Assembly (NCBI GenBank): GCA_963700855.1
Contig: CAVOYV010000008.1
Coordinates: forward strand, 93,255-157,254
From: an uncultured Actinomycetes bacterium
Lineage (GTDB): Bacteria; Actinomycetota; UBA4738; HRBIN12
Direction: 5' to 3'
Length of the DNA: 64,000 nucleotides
Positions 46,732 through 56,883 of the stretch are shown here, piece by piece. A program made the translations under genes and the position numbers. Each line of letters opens with the position of its first letter. Positions within the stretch are counted from its first letter, which is position 1. The notes beneath the pieces are model-generated. The model was not told the origin of the DNA. It saw only the letters and a list, made by a program, of their open reading frames with translations, and searched no databases.

Positions 46732-48075
46732 CTAGCGCTTCGGGAGCTTCGTGGGCATCTTCATGCCCGGAACCTTCTTGCCGCCCATCATCGTCCGCAT
46801 CATCTTCCTCGCACCCTCGAAGTCCTTCAGGAGCGAGTTGACGTCGGCGGTCGTGACCCCGGATCCGTTCGCGATCCGCAGGCGGCGCGACCCGGAGATG
46901 ATAGCGGGATTCCGACGCTCGGCGAGGGTCATCGACAGGATGATCGCCTCGGCGCGGGCCATCTCCCCCTCGTCGACGGCCTCGGACAGCTCCTTCATCG
47001 CGCTGCGACCCCCCGGCATCCCGGGCATCATCTTCAGCAGATCCTGGATCGGACCGAGCTTGCGCATCTCGCGAAGCTGCGTCAGGAAGTCCTCCAGGTT
47101 GAACTGCCCTTTGAGCATCTGTTCGGCCGCGGCGACGGCGGCGTCCTGATCGACCTTGTCCTGGGCCTTCTCGATCAGGGTCAGCACGTCGCCCATCCCG
47201 AGGATCCGGCTCGCCATCCGGTCGGGATGGAACGGCTCGAGGTCGTCGACCTTCTCCCCCGTGCCCACGAAGAACACCGGGCGGCCGGTGACGTGGGTCA
47301 TCGACAGGGCGGCGCCGCCGCGGGCGTCGCCGTCGAGCTTCGTGAGGATGAACCCGGTCGTGTCGACCTCACGCATGAACTCGCGCGCCTGAACGACGGC
47401 ATCTTGACCGGTCATCGCGTCGCAGGCCATCAGGACGTGCACGGGTCTGGTGACGTCTTTGATCTTGCGCGCCTGCTTCATCATCTCGGGGTCGACGTGC
47501 AGCCGGCCCGCGGTGTCGACGATCACCACGTCGGCGCCGGTGCGCTGAGCTTCCTTCACCCCGTTCTTCGCGACGCGGATCGGATCGCGGCCCTCCGACC
47601 AGACCGGCACGCCGATCTCGCGGCCGAGGGTCCGCAGCTGCTCGACGGCCGCGGGACGCTCGAGGTCGGCGGCGATCAGCAGCGGCCGCTTGCCCTTCGC
47701 CTTCAGATGCTTCGCGAGCTTCGCGCAGGCGGTCGTCTTCCCCGAGCCCTGGACGCCCGCCATCATCACGACGGCCGGGGCCGCACCCGTCAGGGTGAAC
47801 GGTCGGTGCTCGCCTCCGAGCGTGACCGTGAGCTCCTCGTCCATGACCTTCACGACCTGCTGGGCCGGCGAGAGGCTCTTCATGACCTCCTCGGACAGGG
47901 TCCTCACACGCACGCGGGAGAGCAGGTCGTCGACGACCTCGACGGCGACGTCGGCCTCGAGCAGCGCGGTGCGGATCTCGCCGAGGGCATTGTCGACCTG
48001 CTTGGGATGCAGCTTGCCCCGCTGGCGGAGCTTCTTGAAGACGCCATCCAGGCGATCGGTGAGCGTGTCGAACAT
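46732..48075 (-). CDS. ffh: signal recognition particle protein Ffh
   Basis: Within ORF 46732..48873. The true start is MFDTLTDRLDGVFKKLRQRGKL (ATG 48075). It has GVQGSGKTT, DTAGRL and a Met-rich M domain. Confidence 0.96.
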   Translation of the reverse strand: MFDTLTDRLDGVFKKLRQRGKLHPKQVDNALGEIRTALLEADVAVEVVDDLLSRVRVRTLSEEVMKSLSPAQQVVKVMDEELTVTLGGEHRPFTLTGAAPAVVMMAGVQGSGKTTACAKLAKHLKAKGKRPLLIAADLERPAAVEQLRTLGREIGVPVWSEGRDPIRVAKNGVKEAQRTGADVVIVDTAGRLHVDPEMMKQARKIKDVTRPVHVLMACDAMTGQDAVVQAREFMREVDTTGFILTKLDGDARGGAALSMTHVTGRPVFFVGTGEKVDDLEPFHPDRMASRILGMGDVLTLIEKAQDKVDQDAAVAAAEQMLKGQFNLEDFLTQLREMRKLGPIQDLLKMMPGMPGGRSAMKELSEAVDEGEMARAEAIILSMTLAERRNPAIISGSRRLRIANGSGVTTADVNSLLKDFEGARKMMRTMMGGKKVPGMKMPTKLPKR

Positions 48076-48151
48076 AGATGGGATGGGGGTGTGGTCGGCT
48101 TCGGCGTGAGGGTCACGTCGGGGCCCTAGTGTATCGGCCGGGCCGACAGAG

Positions 48152-50014
48152 ATGAGGTGGGATACGACGGAGATGGTCACGGAGCGTCCGATCGACGACG
48201 CGCGCCGCCTCGAGGCGCTGCTGATCACCGTGCGCTGGCTCGTCGCGGCGTTCGGCGTGATCCAGGTCGGGTTCGCGGTGCGTGACTCCGGCGCCGATCG
48301 CCCCTTCGCGTTGATCCTCGGGGTCGCCCTCGTCGTCGGCCTCCTCGTGGGGAACCTGCTCCTGTCGCGCGCGCTCCCGAAGGCGACCGATGCCGGACGC
48401 CTGCGGGTGCTCGGGCTCGTCGCGTTCGGTCTGGACGCGGCGGCGATCCTCGGATTGATCTGGCTCGCCTCTGACGGCCCCGCGGACCCGGTCTGGGTCG
48501 TCGGGTACCTGCTGCCCCTCGAGGGCGCCGCGCGATGGGGTCTGCCTGGGGCGCTGGTCGGAGCCGCCCTGTTCCTGGGTGGCGAGGTCGCGCGCGAGCT
48601 CGAACTGCAGGAGACCGCCCCGCGCAAGACGGTCGGCCCGCCCGTGATCGCGTTCCGGGCAGGCATGGCGCTCGTCGTGGGCATGGTCACGGGCGCGTTC
48701 GCCTCGTCCGTGCGACGCGAGGCCGCCCGGGCGCAGGAGCGTGCGACACAGGTCGAGATCGCCCTCGCCGACGCCGAAGCGGCCGCATCCCGCGAACGCC
48801 AGGCCCGCGGTGAGGTCGCCGCGTTCCATGCCGCGATCCTCACGGAGCCCGAGCGCGACCAGCTGGAGAGCACGCTGCAGGAGACCGCCGACGCGATCGC
48901 ACGGGAGCTGGGCGCGCAGGCCCTGGGCCTGCTCGTGCGCCGGCAGGGTTCCGCCGGTGAGGTGGCGTACGCGGCGCTGGGGGTTCACGGCGACCCGGGC
49001 TACCTCCGCCGCGATCTGCTGTCGACCGTGTCGGATCCCGTCGGTGCGGCGGCCGAGGAGGGTCAGCCGATCCTGGCCGGCCGCGACGTCGTCGCGCCGA
49101 TGCTCGTGCGCGGCGAGATCGTGGGGGCCCTGCACGAACGCGTGACAGAGGGGCCTCCGCCCGACGACGACCGCCTCCTGCTGGTCGACCGGCTCGCCGA
49201 CCAGCTCGGGCTCCTGCTCGAGGCGGCGCGCCTCCGCGCCGACCAGGAGGACACGGTCCGTCGCCTCCGTGAGCTCGACGAGATGAAGACCGACTTCGTC
49301 GCGATCACGAGCCATGAACTGCGCACCCCTTTGTCCGGCATCCGCGGCTTCGTCGACATGCTCCGTCGCCGCGGCGACGAGCTTCCGACCGCCGAACGCG
49401 AGGAGTACCTGGATATCGTCATGGTCCAGACGGACCGGCTGATCGGGCTCGTCGACGATCTCCTGGTGGTCTCGCGGATCGAATCCGGGGCGCTCACCCT
49501 CGAGCCAGAGGAGACGGAGATCTCGCCGTTCCTCGAGGACCTCGTTCGGACGCTCGGCGACGACGCCGACCGGGTGGTGATCTCGGGCGGAGACGGGGCA
49601 CCGGCGCGGATCGTGGTGGACGCCGGCCGGCTCGCGCAGATCCTCACGAACCTCGTCCACAACGCGTTGAAGTTCTCGACGGCACCGTCGCCGGTCGGGC
49701 TCACGTGGTCGACCCCCGTGGAAGGGGTAGTCGCCTTCGAGGTCGCCGACGAGGGAGCCGGGATCGACGCCGAGGAACTGGAGCGGATCTTCGAGCGCTT
49801 CCACCAGGGCGAGCGCTCGATGGCTCACACGGAGGGGTTCGGACTCGGCCTCTACATCACGAAGCTGTTGACCGAGGCGATGGGAGGTTGGATCGACGTG
49901 ACCTCGAGCGTGGGAGAGGGCACCACGTTCACGGTCACGCTCCCGTCGAGCCGGACCCTCCCAGCACCCGCGCGACCGCCCGCAGCAGCACGGCAGGACC
50001 GAACGGCTTCGTGA
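48152..50014 (+). CDS. membrane GAF-domain sensor histidine kinase
   Basis: 620-aa ORF with N-terminal hydrophobic helices and a GAF-like middle region. H-box ITSHELRTPLSGI, N-box LTNLVHNALKF, and G-boxes DEGAGI and GFGLGLYI are present. Confidence 0.88.
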   Translation: MRWDTTEMVTERPIDDARRLEALLITVRWLVAAFGVIQVGFAVRDSGADRPFALILGVALVVGLLVGNLLLSRALPKATDAGRLRVLGLVAFGLDAAAILGLIWLASDGPADPVWVVGYLLPLEGAARWGLPGALVGAALFLGGEVARELELQETAPRKTVGPPVIAFRAGMALVVGMVTGAFASSVRREAARAQERATQVEIALADAEAAASRERQARGEVAAFHAAILTEPERDQLESTLQETADAIARELGAQALGLLVRRQGSAGEVAYAALGVHGDPGYLRRDLLSTVSDPVGAAAEEGQPILAGRDVVAPMLVRGEIVGALHERVTEGPPPDDDRLLLVDRLADQLGLLLEAARLRADQEDTVRRLRELDEMKTDFVAITSHELRTPLSGIRGFVDMLRRRGDELPTAEREEYLDIVMVQTDRLIGLVDDLLVVSRIESGALTLEPEETEISPFLEDLVRTLGDDADRVVISGGDGAPARIVVDAGRLAQILTNLVHNALKFSTAPSPVGLTWSTPVEGVVAFEVADEGAGIDAEELERIFERFHQGERSMAHTEGFGLGLYITKLLTEAMGGWIDVTSSVGEGTTFTVTLPSSRTLPAPARPPAAARQDRTAS

Positions 50015-50330
50015 GGTACTCGTCGGCGCCCAGGCGCATCGCCGACGCCCGACCCTCCTCGCCCTCGGCGGTCGCGACGACCACGCGGACGGCCGCGGTG
50101 GCCGGGTCGGCGCGGAGCTCCCGCAGGACCTCGGCACCGGTCACCCCGGGGATGTTGAGGTCGAGGACGACCAGGTCGGGCGGAGCGCTGCGGATCGCCT
50201 CGAGGGCGCTCGCCCCGTCGCCGACCTCAGCAACCTCGTAGCCCTCGGCCTCGAGGATCACGCGGACGGCACCTCGCATCGTCGGGTGGTCTTCGACGAG
50301 GAGCAGCCGCGCCCTGCTCACCTCGCCCAC
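49935..50330 (-). CDS. stand-alone CheY-like receiver protein
   Basis: 131-aa ORF with LLLVEDHPTMR, LVVLDLNIPGVTG and YLTKPF. Its 3' end overlaps the convergent kinase by 80 nt. Confidence 0.85.
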   Translation of the reverse strand: MGEVSRARLLLVEDHPTMRGAVRVILEAEGYEVAEVGDGASALEAIRSAPPDLVVLDLNIPGVTGAEVLRELRADPATAAVRVVVATAEGEEGRASAMRLGADEYLTKPFGPAVLLRAVARVLGGSGSTGA

Positions 50331-50358
50331 CTCATCCGGCCCAACTCATCCGGTCAAC

Positions 50359-51360
50359 TCATCCAGACAGCAGGCGATCTGCGAACGCGCCCGCCTCGAA
50401 CGGTCGCAGGTCCCCGGGCTTCTCCCCCACGCCCACGAACCGGATCGGGACCCCGAGCTCCTCGCGGACCGCCAGCACGGTGCCCCCCTTCGCCGAGCCG
50501 TCGGTCTTCGTGAGCACGACGCCCGTGAGCTCGACGGCCTCGGTGAAGGCTCGGGCCTGCGCGATGCCGTTCTGACCGGTCTGCGCGTCGAGCACCAGCA
50601 GCGTCTCGTCGACGTCAGCGCCGGCCTTCTCGATCACGCGCTTCACCTTCTTCAGCTCCTCCATCAACGGCAGCTTCGTGTGGAGGCGTCCTGCGGTATC
50701 GACGATCAGCACGTCGCTGGCCCGCGCGGTCGCGGACCTCACCGCGTCGAACGCCACCGCGCCGGGGTCTGCGCCCCGCTCCTGACTCACCAGATGTGCT
50801 CCCGCGCGCTCCGCCCAGACCTCGAGCTGCTCTCCGGCGGCGGCGCGGAAGGTGTCCGAGGCGGCAAGGGAGACCCGCTTGCCGTCGTCGGCGAGCGCGC
50901 GAGCGAGCTTGCCGATCGTGGTCGTCTTGCCGCTCCCGTTCACGCCGACCACCAAGATCACGCTGAGCCCCCCGGGTTCGAGATGGAGCGGCTCGTCGGG
51001 ACCGAGGATCCGCACGATCTCCTCGCGCACGAGATCCGCGGGATCGTCGCCGTCACGGTAGTCGGCCCTGACCCGGGCGACCAGGTCGGCGGAGCCCTTG
51101 GGACCGATGTCGGCCTTGAGCAGCACCGCCTCCAGCTCCCCCCAGACATCGGCGTCGGGACGCGAGAACACCGCGCGCACCTTCGCCCCGAGTCCCTCGC
51201 CACGGAACCCGCCGCCCGAGGACGTGTCGGTCCTGGTCCCCGGCACGGGTCCGGCCAGCGCGGAGCCACGCTCCCGACGGTTGCGAGCGATCCGGACGCT
51301 GAGGAACACGACCACGGTCGCGAGCACGAACAGCAGGACCAGGACGGAGAGGAGCTCCAC
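50359..51360 (-). CDS. ftsY: signal recognition particle receptor FtsY
   Basis: 333-aa ORF with an N-terminal TM helix and an NG domain carrying GVNGSGKTTT, DTAGRLH and TKTDGSAKGG. Confidence 0.96.
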   Translation of the reverse strand: MELLSVLVLLFVLATVVVFLSVRIARNRRERGSALAGPVPGTRTDTSSGGGFRGEGLGAKVRAVFSRPDADVWGELEAVLLKADIGPKGSADLVARVRADYRDGDDPADLVREEIVRILGPDEPLHLEPGGLSVILVVGVNGSGKTTTIGKLARALADDGKRVSLAASDTFRAAAGEQLEVWAERAGAHLVSQERGADPGAVAFDAVRSATARASDVLIVDTAGRLHTKLPLMEELKKVKRVIEKAGADVDETLLVLDAQTGQNGIAQARAFTEAVELTGVVLTKTDGSAKGGTVLAVREELGVPIRFVGVGEKPGDLRPFEAGAFADRLLSG

Positions 51361-51369
51361 GGCGCGAGG

Positions 51370-54300
51370 CTAGCCGACCGGCTCGTTCAGCGGCACCTCG
51401 ACGACCGGCTCGTCGTCGGCCGAGGACTGCACCGCGAAGGCCTCGGTCGCCGCCTCCCGCTGGGCCTCGATCCGCGCCTCTTCCTCGGCGGTGCTCAGCC
51501 GGTCGTGTCGCTGTGCGACGACCTTCGTCGTGCCATCGCGGTTGAGCGAGATGCCGTACATCATGTCGGCGATCTCCATCGTGCGCTTCTGGTGGGTGAC
51601 GATCAGGACCTGCGAGGCCGACGCGAACCCCTCGATCAGGCGCAGGAACCGGTGGAGGTTCACGTCGTCGAGCGCCGGCTCGACCTCGTCCATCAGGTAG
51701 AAGGGCGAGGGACGGGCGGTGAAGATCGCGAACAGGAACGCCATCGCGGTGAGCGAGCGCTCGCCTCCCGACAGCAGCGAGATCCGCCTGACCCGTTTCC
51801 GGCCGGGGCTCGCTTCGATCTCGATCCCCGACGCGAGCGGATCCGCGGGATCGGTGAGGATGAGCCGGCCCTCGCCGCCCGGGAACAGCTCCCCGACCAG
51901 CCGTTCGAACTGGATCGCCACGTCACGGAAGGCGGTCGTGAAGATCTCGGTGATCTCGCGATCCACCTGCGCGATCACCTCGAGCAGATCGCGGCGCGCC
52001 TTGCGCACGTCGTCCAGCTCTCGCTGCATGAAGTCGTGACGCTCCTGGAGCGCCTCGAACTCGCCCGTGGCGAGCAGGTTCACCCGGCCGATCAGCGCGA
52101 GGCGACGCTGCACCAGCTCCTGCGACTTCCCGAGCGACTCGACCGAGTCGTCCTCGGCGAGCTGTGCGAGGACAGCCTCCGGCTCGGTCTGGAAGCCCTC
52201 GCGGAGCAGGCGCTCGGCCTCGCGGATCCGCCGTTCGATGTCGCCGCGCAACCGGTCCTCGTCCTCGTACCTCTCGCGCAGGTTGTCGAGCCTGGTCGAC
52301 GCCTCTCGCCACGCCTTGTTCACCTCGGCCTCGCGGGCCCCAGCGGCGCGCTCGGCCTCCGCGGCCGCGCGACGGCGCTCGTCGGCAGCGGTGAACCGCT
52401 CGTCGGCAGCGCGAGCGGCCTGTTCCGCGTGCGCGCGCGCCGCCTCCGCCGTCTCCAGGTCCGCACGGAGTCGGACCGGATCGTGGGCGGCGAGCTCGTC
52501 GCGCTCGGCCCGCAGCTGCGCGGCGCGGGCGTCGAGCTGGGCGCGGTCCCGCCGTAGGGTCTCCACGGTGACGCGGACACCGATCGGTGCCTGCGGCATC
52601 GGTGGCATGTCCGGGACGTCCTCGACCATGACCGGCCCGATCGCGGCCAAGCGGTCGCGCCAGGTGGTCATGCTCTCATCGAGCCCGGCGACCCGGCGCG
52701 TCAGCATCTCGCGCTCCTTGTCGAGCCCCGCGAGGTCGCGCTCGAGCACCGAGAGCCGGACGGCGGCCGCCGTGATGTCCGCGTCGGCCGCGTCGATCTG
52801 TTCGGAGAGGAACGACGTCTCCTGACGATCTCGTCGATCCGCTCCCGTCGCGGCCGCAACTGCTGATCGGTGGCCGTCAGGTCGTGCGCGAGCAGCTGCA
52901 GCTCCGCCCGGATCTCCCGCAGCCGCACGTCGGCCTCCCTCGCCGTGTGGATCACCGCAGGGCCGATCAGGACGCCTTCGGCCGTGACGAAGGACGCCCG
53001 CGGGTGGCGGGTCTGTTTCTCGGCCGCCTCCGCGACGTCGGCGGCCAGGTAGACGTCACGCAGCACCGTGCTGACGATCCCGCGGGCGGCCGGATCAGCA
53101 TCGACGGCCGACAGCAACGACCGCTCACCCCTGAGCCCGAGGGGGACGGGCCCACCGGCCGAGATCGCGAGGATCGCTCCGTCGCCCTCGGGTGCGTCCT
53201 CGAGCGCACGGGCGCCGTCGTCGTAGACGACCGCGTCGGCGAGCGGACCGAGCGCCGCCACGAGCGCGCGCTCCAGACCCTTCTCCACGCGGACAAGATC
53301 CTTGAGCAACCCAGCCGAGCGGCCGCGGTGGGTCGTGAGGAACCGCGATCCCGGCGTCTCCTCGATGTCAGAGCGGCGCGCCTCGAGCAGGTCCTTCCGC
53401 GCGTGCATCCGACGGCGGGCCTCATCGAGCTCCTCGACCCTGTCGACCAGTCGGCGACGCTCGTCCTCGAGCGACCCGCGTCGGTCAGACAACGGCGCGC
53501 TCTGCCCGTCCATGTGTTCGATGTCGACCTCGAGCTGCGCGCGTTCCGTCGCGATCGCCTCGATCCGTTCGCCGACGCCGGCGAGCTCACCCTGGAGCCG
53601 TTCACGCTCCCGTTCCGACGACGCGAGCGAACGTTCGAGCGTCGCGACCTCGGCGCGCCGTGATGCGGCATCTTCGCCCGCGAGACGCCGGAGCTCCTCG
53701 ATCTCGTGGCGGCGCTGCTCCGCCGCGCGATACTCCTGCTCCGCCTCGTCCAGCTCCCGCTCGCGGGCCTCGAGCTCCGCGAGCACCGCGGAGAGCTGCT
53801 CCTCGGTACGGGTGACGTCCTCGACGACCGCGTCCATCCGGACCGCGCGGCCCGCCTGCGCGGCGAGTTCCTCGCGGGCGCCGGCCTCGCGATCGACCGC
53901 CTCCCGGTAGGCCTGGTCCGCCCGCTCCCGTTCGAGACCGGCGACACGGAAGGTCTGTTCGGTCTCGGCCAGCATCGTCGCCGCGGTTGCCCTCACGTCG
54001 GCCGCGGCCAGCACGTCGCCGTCGAGCGCATCGAGGCGCGCCCGCGCCTCGGTGCGCTCGTGCAGCCCTTGGTCCCAGCCGTCCTTGCGGCGCTCCTGCT
54101 CGCGCAGGAGCGCCCGCAACCGCGCCGCCGCGAGCTTGCGCGCGAGCTCCTCCGCCTGGGCCGTGAGGGCCTCATGCTTCTTCGCCATCTCCGCCTGCTG
54201 CTGGAGCGGCTTCAGCTGGCGCCGGAGCTCGGCGAGCACGTCGGACAACCGCAACAGGTCCTGGTCGAGCCCGGCGAGCTTGCGCTCGGCGCGCTCCTTA

Positions 54301-54818
54301 CGCCGGCGATGCTTCGCGATGCCGGCGGCCTCCTCGATGTACTTGCGTCGCTCCTCCGGCTTGGCCAGCAGCACTTCTTCGAGCTGACCCTGGCCGACCA
54401 CCGTGTGGAGGGCACGGCCGATCCCCGATTCGGACAGCAGTTCCTGAACGTCCATCAGGCGGACCACCTGTCCGCCGATCCTGTACTCGGACTCGCCGCT
54501 GCGGAAGATCGTGCGGCTGATCTCGATCTCGGTCAACGGCACCGGGATCTTGCCCTCGCCGTTGTCGATCACGAGCTTGACCTCGGCCATGCCGAGCGCG
54601 GGTCGCGACGGGGTGCCCGCGAAGATCACGTCGGCCATCTGTCCGCCCCGGAGCGCTCGGGGACCCTGCTCGCCCAGCGCCCAGCTGATCGCGTCGACCA
54701 GGTTCGACTTGCCCGAGCCGTTGGGACCGACGATCACGGACACGCCCGGGACGAACTCGAGCACCGTCTTGTCCGCGAACGACTTGAAACCGCGGATCGT
54801 GATCGACCGGAGGAACAT
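51370..54818 (-). CDS. smc: chromosome segregation protein SMC, reading frame broken once in the coiled coil
   Basis: ORF 52701..54818 is the N-terminal head (FKSFADKTVLEFVPGVSVIVGPNGSGKSN) plus coiled coil and hinge. ORF 51370..52749 is the coiled coil plus C-terminal head (LSGGERSLTAMAFLFAIF, FYLMDEVEPALD). The frames join near 52826-52832. Confidence 0.92.
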
Positions 54819-54885
54819 CGCGCGGATGCTAACAGGCGTGTGATTCGCTAGGCGGGAGGCGGGGCGAGGTCGTGGGACCCGCTCC

Positions 54886-55155
54886 TCAGCCCGTCACGCG
54901 GAACCCGGCTTCCCCCGTCGGCTCCTCACCTGCGATCTCGACCTCGTCGACCCAGGCGGCCGGAGGGCCCTCGCGGCACCAGGCGATCATCGCCTCGACC
55001 TGCGGTTCCGGGCCCTCGAGCACGACCTCGACCCGACCGTCCGGGAGGTTGCGCACCCATCCGGCCAGCCCGCGCGCCCGCGCTTCGCGGGCGCAGCTGG
55101 CCCGGTAGAAGACACCCTGGACCCGGCCCGAGACGACCAGGTGCACCCGTCGCAT
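54886..55155 (-). CDS. acyP: acylphosphatase
   Basis: 89-aa ORF with VSGRVQGVFYR and GWVRNLPDGRVE. Confidence 0.93.
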   Translation of the reverse strand: MRRVHLVVSGRVQGVFYRASCAREARARGLAGWVRNLPDGRVEVVLEGPEPQVEAMIAWCREGPPAAWVDEVEIAGEEPTGEAGFRVTG

Positions 55156-55186
55156 GCCGGTAGTCTGCCAGCGAGGAGACGGACCG

Positions 55187-55777
55187 ATGACCTCCCCTAC
55201 CTACGAAGCGCACACCGCCCTGCTCGTGATCGACGTCCAGAACGACTTCGCCGACCCGCGCGGGAGCCTCTACGTGGCCGGCGGGGAGCAGGTGGTCGAC
55301 GTCGTCAACGAGGAGGTCGGTCGTGCCGTCGATGCGGGCTCTCCGGTCCTCTACACGCAGGACTGGCACCCGCCGGACACGCCGCACTTCGCGAAGGACG
55401 GAGGGGTCTGGCCGGTCCACTGCGTCCACGACACCTGGGGCGCGGCGCTCCACCCGGGCCTCACCGTGGCGGGCGAGGTGGTGCGCAAGGGGACGGGAGG
55501 CGAGGACGGGTACTCGGGCTTCAGCGTCCGCCACCCGGTGAGCGGCGAGACCTCGCCGACGCCCATGTACGAACGGCTCCGAGGACGCGGCGTGGAGCGC
55601 CTGATCGTGGTCGGGCTCGCGACCGACTACTGCGTGGTCGAGACGGTCACCGACGGCCGGATGCTCGGCTTCCCGGTGCGCGTGCTCGCCGCGGGCATCC
55701 GGGCCGTCGACCTCCAGCCGGGCGACGGCGAGCGCGCGATCATCCGGATGCGGGACGCCGGCGCCGACGTGGAGTGA
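55187..55777 (+). CDS. pncA: isochorismatase-family hydrolase, nicotinamidase/pyrazinamidase-like
   Basis: Within ORF 55154..55777. ATG 55187 has a GGAGA RBS. Motifs LLVIDVQNDF, TQDWHP, HCV and VVGLATDYCV. Confidence 0.8.
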   Translation: MTSPTYEAHTALLVIDVQNDFADPRGSLYVAGGEQVVDVVNEEVGRAVDAGSPVLYTQDWHPPDTPHFAKDGGVWPVHCVHDTWGAALHPGLTVAGEVVRKGTGGEDGYSGFSVRHPVSGETSPTPMYERLRGRGVERLIVVGLATDYCVVETVTDGRMLGFPVRVLAAGIRAVDLQPGDGERAIIRMRDAGADVE

Positions 55778-55804
55778 CGAGCGCGACGCCGGGCGAGCCG
55801 TGTC

Positions 55805-56023
55805 TCAGTCGTCGACGTGGACCTTCCGCACGCGCAGGTGGGCGGGTGTCGCACCCGCGCCCACCGCGCGAGCGATCGCCGCCTTCGCGTCGTCACGGGT
55901 CGGCAGGACCGCGAGCTCGACCCAGTGGTCGCCCTCGTGGAAGTCGACCGCGAACCCCGACAGCCCCCGTGTATCGCGCGCCGCGTTCACCCCGAGACCG
56001 ACGAAGACGTCCTTCTGATCCAT
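55805..56023 (-). CDS. hypothetical 72-aa protein
   Basis: ORF starting 9 nt downstream of the fpg stop. Composition is not Arg/Pro-skewed. No family recognised. Confidence 0.4.
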   Translation of the reverse strand: MDQKDVFVGLGVNAARDTRGLSGFAVDFHEGDHWVELAVLPTRDDAKAAIARAVGAGATPAHLRVRKVHVDD

Positions 56024-56032
56024 GCCGTCTCC

Positions 56033-56875
56033 TCAGCTCTGGCACTGCGGACAGTAGAAGCTGCTCCGTTGCGCGATCTTGATCGTCTCGATCGGCGTGC
56101 GGCACCGGCGGCATGGCAGCCCCTCGCGGCCGTACACCTTCAGCTCGGATCCGTACTCCCCCGGCTTGCCGAACAGGTCGACGTAGGCCTCGTCGTCGAG
56201 CGTGGTCCCGCGGGCCTTGATCGCCTCCTGGAGGATCTCCTGGATCGCTCGGTACAGGCGTCGAACCTCCTGTGACGAGAGCGTGTCGCTCATCCGGTCG
56301 TAGCGCAGCCCGGCGTGGAACAGGACCTCGTCGGAGTAGATGTTGCCGAGACCGCTGATGAACTTCTGATCCATCAGCAGGGGCTTCATCTTCGAGGCAC
56401 GCTGGGCGAGCAGGTACTGGAACGTCGGCCAGGTGAAGACCTGGTCGAGAGGGTCGATCGCGATGTGCTGGAGCTCCTTGATCTTGCCCACTTCGTCGGC
56501 GGTCGCGACGAACATCTCGCCGAACGTCCGCGGGTCGACGAAGCGCAGGTCGCCTCCCTGCTGGAACGTCAGCACCACGTGGGTGTGCGGCGGGAGCGCC
56601 ACGCGGCCGTTCGCGCGATGGAACTGCCCACTCATGCCGAAGTGCACCACCAGGACGTCCCCACCGTCGAGGTGCATGAAGATGTACTTGCCCCGACGCT
56701 CGATCTTCGCGATCTTGCGTCCGGTCAGACGCGAGGTGAACTCCTTGCGGGTCTTGTGACGCCGGATGATGCGCATCGCGTTCTTGGACGACTTGACCTC
56801 GGCGTCCTTGATCTTCTTGCCGACGACGTCGCGCTCCAGATCGCGGCGCATCACCTCGACTTCGGGGAGCTCCAC
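56033..56875 (-). CDS. mutM: Fpg/Nei family DNA glycosylase homologue with non-canonical N-terminus (M-E-L-P-E-V-E)
   Basis: 280-aa ORF with an H2TH region and a C-terminal zinc finger CRRCRTPIETIKIAQRSSFYCPQC. GTG start 4 nt after GGAGG. Conserved position downstream of rnc. Confidence 0.88.
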   Translation of the reverse strand: MELPEVEVMRRDLERDVVGKKIKDAEVKSSKNAMRIIRRHKTRKEFTSRLTGRKIAKIERRGKYIFMHLDGGDVLVVHFGMSGQFHRANGRVALPPHTHVVLTFQQGGDLRFVDPRTFGEMFVATADEVGKIKELQHIAIDPLDQVFTWPTFQYLLAQRASKMKPLLMDQKFISGLGNIYSDEVLFHAGLRYDRMSDTLSSQEVRRLYRAIQEILQEAIKARGTTLDDEAYVDLFGKPGEYGSELKVYGREGLPCRRCRTPIETIKIAQRSSFYCPQCQS

Positions 56876-56883
56876 CAGACCTC

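Noticed and set aside
46732-48873. N-terminal extensions of ORF-track entries. Examples are ffh to 48873, trmD to 42382, frr to 28308, coaD to 59663, the coiled-coil gene to 59415, dprA to 37008, rimM to 46105 and rpmB from 62249.
   Set aside because: The extensions are Arg/Pro-rich and overlap upstream genes. Family-typical N-termini with RBS or stop-start coupling lie at the internal starts used in the feature table.
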